NCBI GenBank assembly: GCA_002269645.1
Contig: NIVC01003511.1
Location: 1-64,000, forward strand
Length of the DNA stretch: 64,000 nt
Direction: 5' to 3'
From: Macrostomum lignano
Taxonomy: Eukaryota
This document shows positions 11,529 through 24,100 of this stretch, in pieces. Both the position numbers and the translations under genes were made by a program. Every line of letters starts with the position of its first letter. The first letter of the stretch is position 1. The notes under the pieces were generated by a model. It saw nothing but the letters and a program-made list of their open reading frames with translations, did no database searches and was not told the origin of the DNA.

Positions 11529-11660
11529 TACACGAATACTGTAAAAGGAATGTGGGGCAACTGCAAAGCAAAGTTTCAAGCTATGCACGGAACCAGCGAC
11601 AATTTGTTCGAAATGTACCTGCAGGAGTTCATGTGGCACAGCTTTCCCCGACCCCAATTA
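11529..11660 (+). mobile_element. Merlin/IS1595-like DDE transposase C-terminal fragment
   Basis: YTNTVKGMWGNCKAKFQAMHGTSDNLFEMYLQEFMWH resembles the HTNTIEG.W...K...HG.....YL.EF.WR motif. Confidence 0.7.
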
Positions 11661-12414
11661 GCATTTCGGCAATATCCTCTACTGGATAACACACTACTAC
11701 CCTATGTAGAACTCTGTGAACTCTTGCAAAAACTTTGTGAGCTTATCGGACTCTGAAAAGTTCAAAAGGGGTTCAAATAATTTAGAGCGGGAAACCGAAG
11801 GATCGCCTGAAGTAATTGGCGAAATCCAAAAACGTGGGATAAAACGGTAAAACAAATCTGCGGACATTCGATGGAAAGTAATGTATCTAAAAAAGGTTTT
11901 TGAAAGATAGATAGGTCTTTAGAAAATAGTTCTGGATAAAAACTATTGTTTTCATGCTTTATATTGTTGAATAAATAAGAAAAAACCACAAAAAAGCATT
12001 TTGAAAGTCCGAGTTGACCGATTTGCTATTTTTTGTTTCACTTTTTTTCATTATTAAACAATTAATTTTAAGACTTGTAGGCCTTAGAGAAGGCTAATTT
12101 TTTTACTACTTACAAAACAGAAAGTAATCTGTGTTTTACTTTTTATTCAATTCAAAAAGATGAAGTATTTCTAAGGATTTCAAAGTTTTTCTAAAACCAT
12201 ATAAACTCGCAAAAATTCATACTAATATAAAGTGCAAAGTTTGCCAGCAAACATCTTTTTCTAAAAGTAAATATATCGCTAATTCCTTGTTGCAAAATAA
12301 TCTTTAAGTTGTTTTCTTTCATTTAAATATCAACTTGCATAGTATTAGTATTTGTAATATGCCTATATTTAGACTTAAAAATTTTGGGTAAAAAATGGTA
12401 CCACAAAATGTGAA

Positions 12415-12940
12415 CCCGGCATCCAAATCAGATGCTTACTGTATGCTCATTAAGCGACGAAGAACAATGAAATTACACTAAAACATGTATCATCGCGGCG
12501 TGTATGCAGGAAAAAAAGAATTTTCCAAATCGCTTCAGTAGAAGCTGAGTAAAATGCAATTTTCCAATCCTTATGGGAATTCCAATGTGTTACCCGGCTT
12601 CCAAATCAGATGCTTACTGTATGCTTATTAAGCGACGAAGAACAATGAAATTACACTAAAACATGTATCATCGCGGCGTGTATGCAGGAAAAAAAGAATT
12701 TTCCAAATCGCTTCAGTAGAAGCTGAGTAAAATGCAATTTTCCAATCCTTATGGGAATTCCAATGTGTTACCCGGCTTCCAAATCAGATGCTTACTGTAT
12801 GCTTATTAAGCGACGAAGAACAATGAAATTACACTAAAACATGTATCATCGCGGCGTGTATGCAGGAAAAAAAGAATTTTCCAAATCGCTTTAGTAGAAG
12901 CTGAGTAAAATGCAATTTTCCGATCCTTACGGGAATTTGT
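12415..12940. repeat. 178-bp tandem repeat, ~3 near-identical copies
   Basis: ccaaatcagatgc at 12423, 12601 and 12779. Confidence 0.95.
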
Positions 12941-15219
12941 ATGTTTAAATAATAAACTTACGTTGAATACAATTTATTGCAAACGAACTCTATAAAATAC
13001 ACGTTGTCAAGAGTAACGAAAGTGATAAACAAATAAAACCTTAAAATAATGTTAAATATGTTGTAGAATTATAGAGTGTAACATTATAAGATAGTTAAAG
13101 TTAATAAAATACATTATTATAGCTTTTCAATCATTTTCATTAGACTCATTTTAGGTCGTAATTAAACTTACCGTTTTAACAAATCATTTTATTAAAAATA
13201 AAGCTATACGAAAATAATTTGTGCTTTAATAGACTTTTTTACTTTTTAAAAACTTGAATAAATTTATTTTATAGCTTTATTGCTTTCAAATTGCCAAAAA
13301 ACGAATTTTCATAAAACTTGCCCCCGATTTTTGGATTTCCCCAATTATTGGCAATTTTGGCATATTACTATCTACAAAGTTCTACTTCTACTAATGCTAA
13401 AAGAAAATTTTAAACAATAAATATCCCTGTTTAACAACTCCTTGAAAGTTTCTAACAAGGAATAGTAGTCCTTGATTCTTGTCATGAATTTAAGTGGCCC
13501 ACACTTATGAAGACTCAGTCCAATGATCGTTTAGTTTAGTTTAGAGACTTGCAGAATTTAGGTTAATTTTAAATTTGAATTATTGTACCTGCACGAATGT
13601 ATTGTGCTGTATTCTAAGAAAAAATAACGTTACTACATAACAGAAAATATAACCTTTGTAAACTATAAAGAGTATTTCTTTTGCTTGCTTAGATATTTTT
13701 TAATAAATTGTCAGTCTTTTCCGAACGGTTTTTCGTTCATAATCCGAAGGTTGATTTGGATTAAGTAATGATTCTCGCCTCTGGTGATAAGTGGATAACA
13801 GACGATAGCTAGGCTTCGAATTTGTATACAGCTCTGACTCTTTATTCTGACATTGAACTCTTCACATGTATTGAACTCTTAAATTAACTGTTATTAATTT
13901 AAGCCACGACTTTGCAATCACATCTTCATGACGATAATGAGGAACGCAGCAGTAGATGATAAAATAAGATAAATTTTTGAATGATAAGATTCGACTATAC
14001 GGAGAAGCCTCCCCTTAACTGGCCTAATGATTGTGTCAACCCGTCAGCACCTATAGCTAGACCGCAATGGCCGGCAATGATACTCAGACAAACCGCCCTA
14101 AACGTACATGTACGTGTTGCGCCAGCAAGGCTAAAGGTCGAGCAGGGAAGCAACAAATGAACCAAGAGGTTGGGGAGGGGGCAGAATGCATGTAACCTAG
14201 ATGTAGGGTGGATTGGAGGAAGTAAGAAAGAGAAGCGGAGAGAAGTGAGATCTGACTGTCATCGCTGCAGTTTTTTTTTAGCCAATATAAACCCCATGAC
14301 CTCAAGCCGGTAGTGGGGTTGACTGGTAATAGCAATACGAATAAGATGCTCACACTACACTGATGTCCCCTGTTTAGATACTGCTGTCACCTGTTAGATA
14401 CTTATCTAAAGTGTAGCTGGCAAGCCATTGTCCATCTATTTGAATTCAGCAATAGAAAAATCCTTGCAGTCGTAAGCATCATTCTTCATAACAGTTGCCA
14501 TGAAGTCGCAAACTAAATTAAAAATCGTCAAGCTCCAAGCCTCAGCCCTGCCCTTTCTTCTCTCTCCATCTCTCTCCTCTTGCGCCTTAGCTGCCGCCCC
14601 GTTACCTCTGTCCACTGACAATTCACCCCAGCGGAAAAACCAACGTTGATTCAACGTTGTTGCCCTCCGTTGGCCCTCCGTTGGGCGTGTCTGGAGGAAA
14701 ATCCGTTGATACAACGGCGGTTTACCAACGGCAGTCCAACTGCGAATCAACGCTATTCCAACGGTCAAAATATTGTTAGAGGTGCTGATCCACGTGAAAT
14801 AAAGTATGAAAAAAGCCAATTTTCGCAATCAAATGTGTCATGTCACTCATGTGTCCAAAAACGTTACATTTTAAAGTTGAGACATTTGGCAAAGATCTAT
14901 ATATTTGTCAAATGAAATTACAGCAAAGCAAAAAAATTTCTCGCATGCATACGCGTTTAAAGTCTCAGGGTTAGGTATAAGTGTAATCATTGGCAATTAT
15001 TGCAAACTAAATTACTTGTTTATAGGATGATATGATGGCTTCAACAACGTTTTTTATAAATCATTTCTTTATTTTTGAATAATAACTAACTGACTGTGTC
15101 CAATGATTGTACTGCACATAAGCTAAGTAGCTAAATTGACACAACATACGATCAATATCCCATTCTAGCCTGCTGATTATCTCAAATTGTACTGCTCACA
15201 GGTTATGACTCCAAACCAG

Positions 15220-17222
15220 TCACTCATCACTGTCAGCGTCGTAAATGATAGGGTCAGGGACCTTCTGAACGGAACGTCGAACCTTGGCAGGCGGAGGGTC
15301 TTGCGATGTGCCAACTCTGGCTGCCGACGCCTGGCTGCCTGACTCCGTCGGACCTTGACGTCCACGACTTCGCCCGTCCTTGCCCAGCTTCAGCGCAGCA
15401 ATGACTGCAAGCTCTACATCGCGGTCTTTTGGACGCTCAGCAGCATCGCGGTACATTGCCTTCATCGTCCCTAAAAGTATGTCACAAAAATACAATTATT
15501 AAACATAACTGATCTAAAACTAATAGGCCGTCTGATTTTAAAACCTATCAATACGTAAATCAAATGAATTAAGAATCAGTATACTCAGTAATTAATTTCG
15601 ATCATTGAATTTAATGTGATATGCACACACACACACACACACACACACGCGCGCGCATTGAACTTACGTAGAATACTGGGCAAGAACACCGATCGAAAGG
15701 CAAGTTCGGTGTCCCCAAGCTCAGAGCCAGAGAGAGCACCAAGACCCTTTCCGTTATAATTGACAGCGGCCAGCATCTCTGGTGACAGAATTCGCCTCAC
15801 CATTCGGCGAATGGTGCTGCCAAGGTCGTCAGCCTTGCAGGGCAGCAGCAGCCGTGTCATCTGCAAGGGTGCCAATAATTTTATCATACATGTAGATGGA
15901 CAGTCACGAAGAAATATGGAATATTAATATGAAATAAAATGTGGAATATGTCAGAGACAATTATATTTTCCAACTATCGTGAAAGCATGCTGTCGGAGGC
16001 TTTTTGAAATAATAGACTTTGCAAAAACAAACACTAAACTATTGGATGTACATACCCATTCGAGAGCCGGTGGATTTTTGATGAAGTCAATGTAGTCAGG
16101 CCAGGTCGCAATCGGCTTCCATTCTGCATCTGCATCAACTGGACCAAATGTAGTAGCAGCAGCAGCAGCGGCACGCGACATGCACTGCTTCAATTCTGAG
16201 ATTGTTGTCATGCAAGCTGATGTCCGACGAAGGGTATGGAGCCCCAGGTAGCACAGTCCGAGAGGCGATGTCAGAGAGACTCCAAGCTTAGCCTCCATTC
16301 TAGCCTTCAGCAAGTCAAGCCCCCGGTACCGAAGTTCAATGACGCGACGTCAGCTGCAGCTGCATTGAAACGCAAGGCTCCTGGCTGATCCGAAGGGCTG
16401 AGCAACTCAGCCGCACTCTGCTGTGACCTGCACCTGTCGTTCTGTCCATGGTGGGGCAGTGATTTGGGCGTTTCCGGTGGAGCTGTTTCAACCGCTAGCT
16501 GAGCCGATGGGTTTCTTGTCTCCGGCAAAGGCAACAGCGGCAGCGAGCTTGGGCTTTGTTGAACTGCCCTGGCGGAATCCTCAGCTTGGGGTAGTCTAAC
16601 CGACCGTGAGAAGCTTGAGGGCGATCGTTGGCAGTCAGACTCGGACTCGGTCTGCAGATTCTGAGAATGATTGCGCGCTACTTATAGTAACGTAGTTCGT
16701 GAGATCGATTGAATAATAATGACTAATGGTTACAAATGGTTAACATCTTTCGAAGTTTTAATACACACTTATAGCAACAAAAACGGTTTGTAGCTAACCT
16801 CCAAAGGAAGGAATCTTTGCCTCCTGCCATCGGGTACTCGTTTGACCAGTCCCAAAAGAGTTTGGATTTTGCAGTGCTTCTCGCGCCTGAACGCCCGAAG
16901 CCAATTTACCGTCCCAGTGGCGTCATAATCGTCGTCAGGGAGAACCTAGCGCAAATGCAAAATTACTTAGTGAAAATCAAAAATACCAAACGACCCCCAT
17001 ATACAAGTATGATTATGGGAACATTCAGGGAATAAAGCGTGCAGTTACCTGAAGAATTGTGCAGTCCCATACTTGCTCATTGTAGTATGCCCTTGCAATA
17101 GGCTCGCCAACAAAGTTTCGCTAGTTGTCCAGAGTGAATTTTTGGAAGTTTTCTAAGAGGACTTCAGTCTCGCTCAATTCGACTATTTCTTTGTCAACGT
17201 GAAAGATCACGATAAACTTCAT
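15220..17222 (-). pseudogene. EnSpm accessory gene (about 5 exons; C-terminus resembles DUF4806), with one in-frame stop and a frameshift
   Basis: ATG 17222, GT donors at 17048, ~16065 and ~15667 with matching AG acceptors; IRRMVRRILSPEMLAAVNYNGKG and DVELAVIAALKLGKDGR segments. Confidence 0.6.
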
Positions 17223-18594
17223 GGCTGAAATGAGAAATAGAAATACTCTTAATAATGGGAATATGTTGGAAATATATACATGACATGTTTGTGACATCAA
17301 ATAAAGAAATTCATATTGTCTGAAACCAAAATAAAAAAATTGTTATTCATATTATATGTATATTTGTGTTTATATTTATAAACAAGCTGAACACACAAGG
17401 AGACATTTAATGCTACAAATAATGAAAAATGTACACTTGCACACCCTAGGATGACAGTTGCATGAAAAAAGAAATTGCTATATTGACCAAGACTGACTTA
17501 GTACCAGAAGACAATAGTATAATCATAATCAAATAGCGCAACAATAGGGAATTACTATATATTCACCTCCAGATGATGGCAACAAGAAGCACTTTCTGCT
17601 TGCATTACCAGTAACAACATTACGTGTCACATGGTAAAATCCAATATTCAGAATTTCTGATGAATATGGACTTGTATACAAAGGATGCGAAAACTTTAAC
17701 ACATGACCAGTTAGGACATTTCCTACTACTGTACTAATGAGTATTGGAACTCCATTTACAACTGCACAATTATTTGGAGACAAACAAATTCATAAAGATG
17801 GAGCAAAGTGTGAGGGTTATAAGAAATTGATGCTTCACCATACAATGACTACATTTCCTTAACAAAAATCTCAATACAACGATAAGCATTTGGTAAGAGA
17901 GTCTGGTGGACATCAGAGCAAAAAACATAGATAGAAAAGTGCAAGTGAAGAAAGTGGTCATAGTATTTTTGTGGTAAAAACTTTCTGAAGAAAAAAGGCC
18001 CCAAATATAGCAAAAAGAGTCGAAACTCAGTTGCTTTAAAGTGAGCTAAATTTGTATCAATACGGCGAGGCCTCCGCTGAAACTCAGCAGGAGTGAACTT
18101 GGCATAGCTATCAATAAAATCAGACAGCTCTTTTAACTTTAGTGCTGAAATCTTACAAGATGAACCAAACTTAGATGAAAAAAGAAAATTAAAAACTTTT
18201 CTACAAACACCTAAACATACAGCATGTTGATAGTCAGGTGGAAAATGAGAATAAAAACCAATATTTTTAATACTCAGCAAAGGTGTTGAATGCCCTACCT
18301 TCTGGTTATTTTCTTTAGAATCAGCATAGCACTGATCAGTTCGCAAAGTACCAATAGAAGATGAAAAAACAATACGATTAGCAAAATGTCTACCTTCAGC
18401 TTGACAATAACTACATCCCATGCGAGAGTTATGGTTCATAATAGAGCAGATATGAGCATGAGCAGGGGCATCACAAACAAAAAGAGCACGGACTAACTTA
18501 AAATGGTGGCCAAGAACTTGAATACCATTACTAAAAAAAATGTTTAGCTCTTCACAGAAGCGTGATAACAAAATATTCAATGATGGTTTACTTT

Positions 18595-18873
18595 CCCTAT
18601 TGCAGCGCATGGCTTAAGTACGCCAGACGCCTACACAACCTGCGCCACGCTGTGAAATGACTTACCTGTGAAAGAAACCCTAAAGCAAAATTAACGCAGT
18701 TTTGGGTAAACGGCAGGAGTAACTATGACTGTCTTATCAAGCCTAAATGCCTCGGCATCTAATTAGTACCGCGCCGCGCTGTACTAATCGCCGCGCGTCG
18801 TACGCGCCGCGCCGCGCCGTATTAGATCCGCGCCGGACGCCGTCCGCCAAAATGCCCATGCGCTGCAATCAGG
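18595..18873. mobile_element. 279-bp MITE-like element E2 carrying the same 28S-derived core as E1
   Basis: 14-bp perfect inverted repeat ATTGCAGCGCATGG within CC...GG ends; TSD TTTACTTT (18587-18594 / 18874-18881; could be read as a 10-bp GGTTTACTTT); removal restores the transposase frame VGKSKPSLNILL. Confidence 0.88.
18704..18767 (+). other. Second 64-nt 28S rRNA H69-H71 fragment
   Basis: GGGTAAACGGCAGGAGTAACTATGACTGTCTTA-tcaagcct-AAATGCCTCGGCATCTAATTAGT (54/64 ungapped to canonical 28S). Confidence 0.9.
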
Positions 18874-21138
18874 TTTACTTTTACCAACAAAAATAGCAAT
18901 GGGCAATGGACGCAAATAGCCTGATACTTTCATTAAAATTGGCCAAGCTGACATGGAAGAACTATTATACAAGGGCATTCCATCTATATTGAAAATGGAA
19001 TTTACTTTTATGTGCCCAGTTTCAGAATCAGTAATGCATTTTGAAAAGTCAAAATAATTATTGCTAACCCAAAATTCCAAATTTTTGGCCATTGATACAT
19101 AGAAAAAGTCTCCTTTAGTAGCAATAATAGAATAATAAGAAGAATTAGCAGAATGCTTTTTCAAGCCATATACAGACTTTGGAACTGAAATACCCTTGTG
19201 ATTTAAAAAGGCAAGGATCCAAGCCATAGCAGAGCGTGACACATTAAAAAGTATATAAAATAGAAGCAGTTCTTGCTCAATTGTTAGCTCTGGCGTAGCA
19301 TCTTCAACTTCAGGTATATCTTGATCCTCTTCTACAAGGTCTTCATCTGATTCACTATTATCCATTGGATTGCCCTGACTGTTGCCAAGAAAGTCAGTGT
19401 CGTATTCTTCAGCTTGAATGAATTCTTCATCTTGTTGATGATTATTGCCTTGGGTTTGATCTTGGTTAATGGGTTCAGATGCTTTTTGAAGCTGCTCTAC
19501 TTCAATTTCCTCTAAACAACCCTGAAGCACTTTTCTAGCAAAGTTACGTTTGGACATCATGCAAATAATTCACAAGTAAAATCATTTATATCACAATATC
19601 TTATAGTAATTGGCAAATAATACTATACTATACTCATACTATATTTACCATGAATAATTATAAACAATTACATTCTTTTATTTCTATATATACCTGGCAC
19701 TGCACAGGCACTAGCTAAAGCATATAAATATTTATAGCTAATATATATAGCTATGACATAGCTATAGTAATATGGCCTACAATACAAAATAGTTATACAA
19801 ATATAGCAAATATATAACAAGGAAAACACAGCATCTACCTGGCATTTGAGGAATTGATCTACACACACATAGTAGCTAATAATTGATATGTTCCTAGGCT
19901 ATAGCCCATAAAAGCCCTAAATAAAGTAAAGATATAGTGGGTTAAAGGTAAAGCTATATACTGTCATGCTTGCTGGGTTAAATTGCAAAGAACAATTAGG
20001 CATTGCACTTCCACTGTTGCCAAGCCATGTGTGTTGTGTACATTTATGCAACTAAAAAAAAGAAAAAACAATTTTGAAACATGCATAGCATGTGAGTTAA
20101 TCATAATGACATAAAAAGATAGCTAGCCAGCTAATTCAAAAGTGAAGTTTGCAAAGGATCTGCAATACAAGCCATCCACAAAATAAAACACGTGAGCATG
20201 AAAATCGGAGGAAACTATATGCTAAACAGACCATCAAAATAACAAGTATGACAAAAATCCACATTCTCCTGCTCCAAACAGAAATTGCAAAACAATATTG
20301 GTACTATGTAAAATAGACGTGCGTCGTGATGCTTTGCAACATATAAGTTTATCAAACCAATTTTGTCTACTAATTATTAACAAAAAACTGCACAGTAGTT
20401 GCCAAAAGAAAACACTTTACATAATACGTACTGTGTAGAGCAAATCCAACTTAGTTCTAGAGTTATTACACAATTCCCTGACCTCAGTTTTACTCACAGT
20501 CTTTTTGGGAAATTTGGTTTACCGTTGAGAAACAACGGCAATTCAACGAAGAGCAATCACAACGGTTTTACAACGGTTTCACAACGCACTTCAAAAAATG
20601 AAATATTGGCTCAGTAAGCAAAATAAAAGCTTTTTTAATTGCTTACGAGCCATTTTGGGTACAAAGACAAACTTTTTTGTTCCCAACGCTTTTGTGACAT
20701 ACCTCCGTTGAAACACCGTTGGATCAACGTTGTCTTTTCCACTGGGACTTGCTTTGCCGAGCACGCAGCCACAGTCAGCTCTCATGCATTGTTTAACTCA
20801 GCAGAGCTCGCAGCATCCCAATGCTCCTGCATCTCTCACCCCGCTGAGCAGAGCAGCTGCCGCGGACCCCCGGCACCCATAATCAGCCCTTAAACACAGC
20901 CGCTGGGTCAGAGAAGAGAATCGGCCTCAGTCCATTTAAACAAATTTCTCTGCACAGGGAGAGCTCAGAGATTTCAGTCCGTGACAGCGGGATTTTTGCT
21001 GCTGCTGCTGAGCTGGCAGGCAAATTCGCTTGAAGAAGAGCAAAGCACTCAGTTTGAAGCCGTGTGGAACAGCTGCGGCAGACAGCAGATCGGCAGAGAA
21101 GCGCTGCTAGGAGAAGCAGTGTAGCCAGGGCAACAGAG

Positions 21139-24100
21139 ATGGAGCGGAAGCTGAGAGCGGCGCTGGAGTCTGGAGACAGCGAGGAGCTGCAGCGACTGTG
21201 CGGTGAGATCGACAGCAACATCGAGCTGGAGGTGGGCGGGTTCAAAAAGCAAGAATTTTCCTTGAAAGAACTTCTTAAAATGCCGCTGGTCCATCACGTG
21301 GCCTGCAAGCCGGTGAGTTCGTCGTGTCTGGAGCTGCTGATTGACAGATTCGGACCCGACTGTCTGAAAAACAAAAATGATAGCAGTTTTTGGGATGTCG
21401 GTGAGACTCCAATACACTTGGCTGCCCAGCATCAGGATGAATCTTGGATGAAGCTCGTTAAAGAGAAGGGAGGCAGCGACTGCTTGACAATTGTCGGTTT
21501 TTGCAAACAGACAGTCGCTCACTTTGCCGCTATGAACAGAAAAAGCAACTCTTGTCTAAAGTGGCTGGTGAAGGAGCTCGGCAGCGACTGTCTCACAGTT
21601 CCTGACGAAAACGGTACCACGGTTGTCCGTTTAGCGGCTTTGTATCAGGGCATCGAGTCTCTGGAATTGATCAAGAGACGAATTGGAACTGAATGGTTTC
21701 GGCTAAAAGGAGGACTGTGGAATAGAACAGCATTTCACTTTGCTGCTCAGAAGTCTGACAATTCAAATCTGAAGTGGCTGGTGGAGGAGCTCGGCAGGGA
21801 CTGTCTCACAGTTTCTGACAAACACGGTGACACGGCCGTCCATTTGGCCGCTCAGCATCAGGGCATCGAGTCGCTGGAGTTGATCAAGAGACAGATCGGA
21901 ACTGACTGCTTTCGGCTGAAGACAAAGAGTGATAGAACAACATTTCACTTTGCTGCTCAGAAGTCTGACAATTCAAATCTGAAGTGGCTGGTGAAGGAGC
22001 TCGGCAGCGACTGTCTTACAGTTCCTGACAAAGACGGTGACACGGCCGTCCATTTGGCCGCTAAGCATCAGCCAGTGGACTCTCTTCAGTTCATTTTTGA
22101 CAAAATCGGAGCCGATTTGTTCAGCTTGAAGAGCAACAGGGGCATAACACCGGCTGATGTTGCTGAGAGTGATCGGTGCCACACAGACCAGTCAGCAAAG
22201 CGGGCCTGGATTTTCTTCACTCAACGGCAGCTCGAAGCCTCTCGGCCTCCCGCTGGCAGCTCAGCGCCGACTGCCGCCTCAGCTGGGTGAGTCCTGACTG
22301 ACAAATAAAGTATTGAATAGCTTTTTTGCGAAAATTTAATGGGTCGTACTATAAAACTGTCGTAGCTAGTTCGATCGTACTTTGCGTTTTGTCACTTCTC
22401 CATCAAACAAATATTGCTATCAAATTTATAACTAGACACAGTAACAGTTTTCATGTAAAGGTTTTCGGCTAGTGCAATGGTAAAGCTACAGGTAAGTTGT
22501 TTTACAGAGTAACTTCTCAAGTTCAAGTACATTACGCCAACCTTTTTATGTGTAACGGGTTGGAACCTCTCCGAGGAAACTACTTGAATGTTCTGGGATG
22601 TTGGCACTTAATTTATATTGGCTACCTGTAATGCAAAAGCTAGCAAAGCCGGAAGTGGCACTGTGAAACTCGATACCCTGGGATTTGCATTATCTCAGTT
22701 TTGAAGCTCTGAAAACGCACTGCATGGTAGTTCAGAAAATCGGTGAAGCATTTTGAAGTCCAGCTGGCCTGTCATTCTGTTGCGTGAGAACTGAAGCAGC
22801 TGCCGCAATGGGAAGGCAATGGGTTTCGAATGGGTTTCGAATCTGATAGCGGATCTCAGAGCTATGGGTGTTTTACCTGGGAGTCAGAGCTGCAGGTGTT
22901 TCGATAGGGAGTCAGAGCTTTGGGAAAAAAGGTTTCCTATTTGGCAATAAGCAACTGCCTCCCTCATTTTCCCCACAGCGCTGCAGCTCCCAGCCCAGCC
23001 TCATCGGCCGCTCCTGAGCAGGGAGCTCACGGGGTTCGAGCTCCGGACTGCAATTCTGCAGCTCCCAGCCCAGCCTCATCGGCCGCTCCTGAGCAGGAAG
23101 CTCACGGGGTTCGAGCTCCGGACTGCAATGCTGCAGCTCCCAGCCCAGCCTCATCGGCCGCTCCTGAGCAGGAAGCTCACGGGGTTCGAGCTCCGGACTG
23201 CAATGCTGCAGCTCCCAGCCCAGCCTCATCGGCCGCTCCTGCAGAGCAGGGAGCTCACGGGATTCGAGCTCCGGACTGCAATGCTGCAGCTCCCAGCCCA
23301 GCCTCATCGGCCGCTCCTAAGCAGGGCGCTCACGGGGTTCGAGCTCTGGACAGCGTCACGCCACTGTCTGGACCGACTTCGGCATCCCAGAGGGGACCGC
23401 CTGAGGCGACTTGGTGAGTCCGCGCTGAAACTATGAGTCAGTTGATGACGCAGAAGGCCGAAGGGTGGTGACTTACTTTACTTAGCTGCTAGGGACTCCG
23501 TGCATCCGGATGCAGCGAGGGGAGGTGTTGCCGCCCGTTTCGCTAACCCCTGGCGACCACGGGCAGCTGGTGCTGCGGTATCGCGCAGGGAGATCCGGCG
23601 GTACCGGTGTCCACAGCGCGGCTCCTCCAGGAGGTGGATGGTGGCTCGCCCGGTAGCCTTTAGGTAGCGGCAGAGCTGGCAGGGACTTAGGAGCTGGCAG
23701 AGGTTCTCGGGCCTGATAACGTCGGAGAGGTTCGGCTTTGGTCCGAGGTAGGTGAGCCTGTCCTGAGTAAAGGCGGGGCATGCACAGATGAAATTCTCAG
23801 CATTCTCTTGATCCCGGAGTTATAAAAAGTGCATTTTCACTGTGGGTTTTCCCTAAAGGTGGTGATGCCTGGCAAAGCAGCCATGACCCGAGAGGGCCAT
23901 ACTACAAGACCTAGTGACCTAGTGTTCCTAGTGGTCCTTGAGCCCACCTATCCCTTTGCTTTGAGCCTGCGAGACCTGGAAGCAGCGGGAGGCCTGCTTA
24001 CACTCTCGGACGGAATTCCGTCCACGCTCTGCCCTCCGCTCAAATTCAAAACCAGCATTCCACCACGTCATGAGGCCAGGGACAACTGGAACCCCATGAA

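Larger units (their letters stand above)
17529..19560 (-). pseudogene. EnSpm/CACTA transposase, interrupted by the 18595-18873 insertion, a nonsense codon (17849) and a C-terminal deletion
   Basis: FNIDGMPLYNSS...WPIL, FVCDAPA..NHNS..GCSYC, FPPDYQHAVCLGV, EFQRRPR..KATEFRLFLLYLGP and SYNPHTLLHL motifs. Confidence 0.88.
14627..20746 (-). mobile_element. Full-length EnSpm/CACTA-superfamily DNA transposon (animal CCC...GGG type), 6120 bp, inactivated
   Basis: 30-bp TIR CCCAG(C/T)GGAAAA..CAACGTTGAT.CAACG (26/30); 2-bp TSD AC; CAACG/CGTTG subterminal arrays; encodes a transposase and a second spliced gene. Confidence 0.9.

Noticed and set aside
20883-22182. Minus-strand ORFs over ankyrin and kinase exons (repeated at B and C)
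   Set aside because: Antisense shadows of GC-rich coding sequence; conservation is explained by the plus-strand genes
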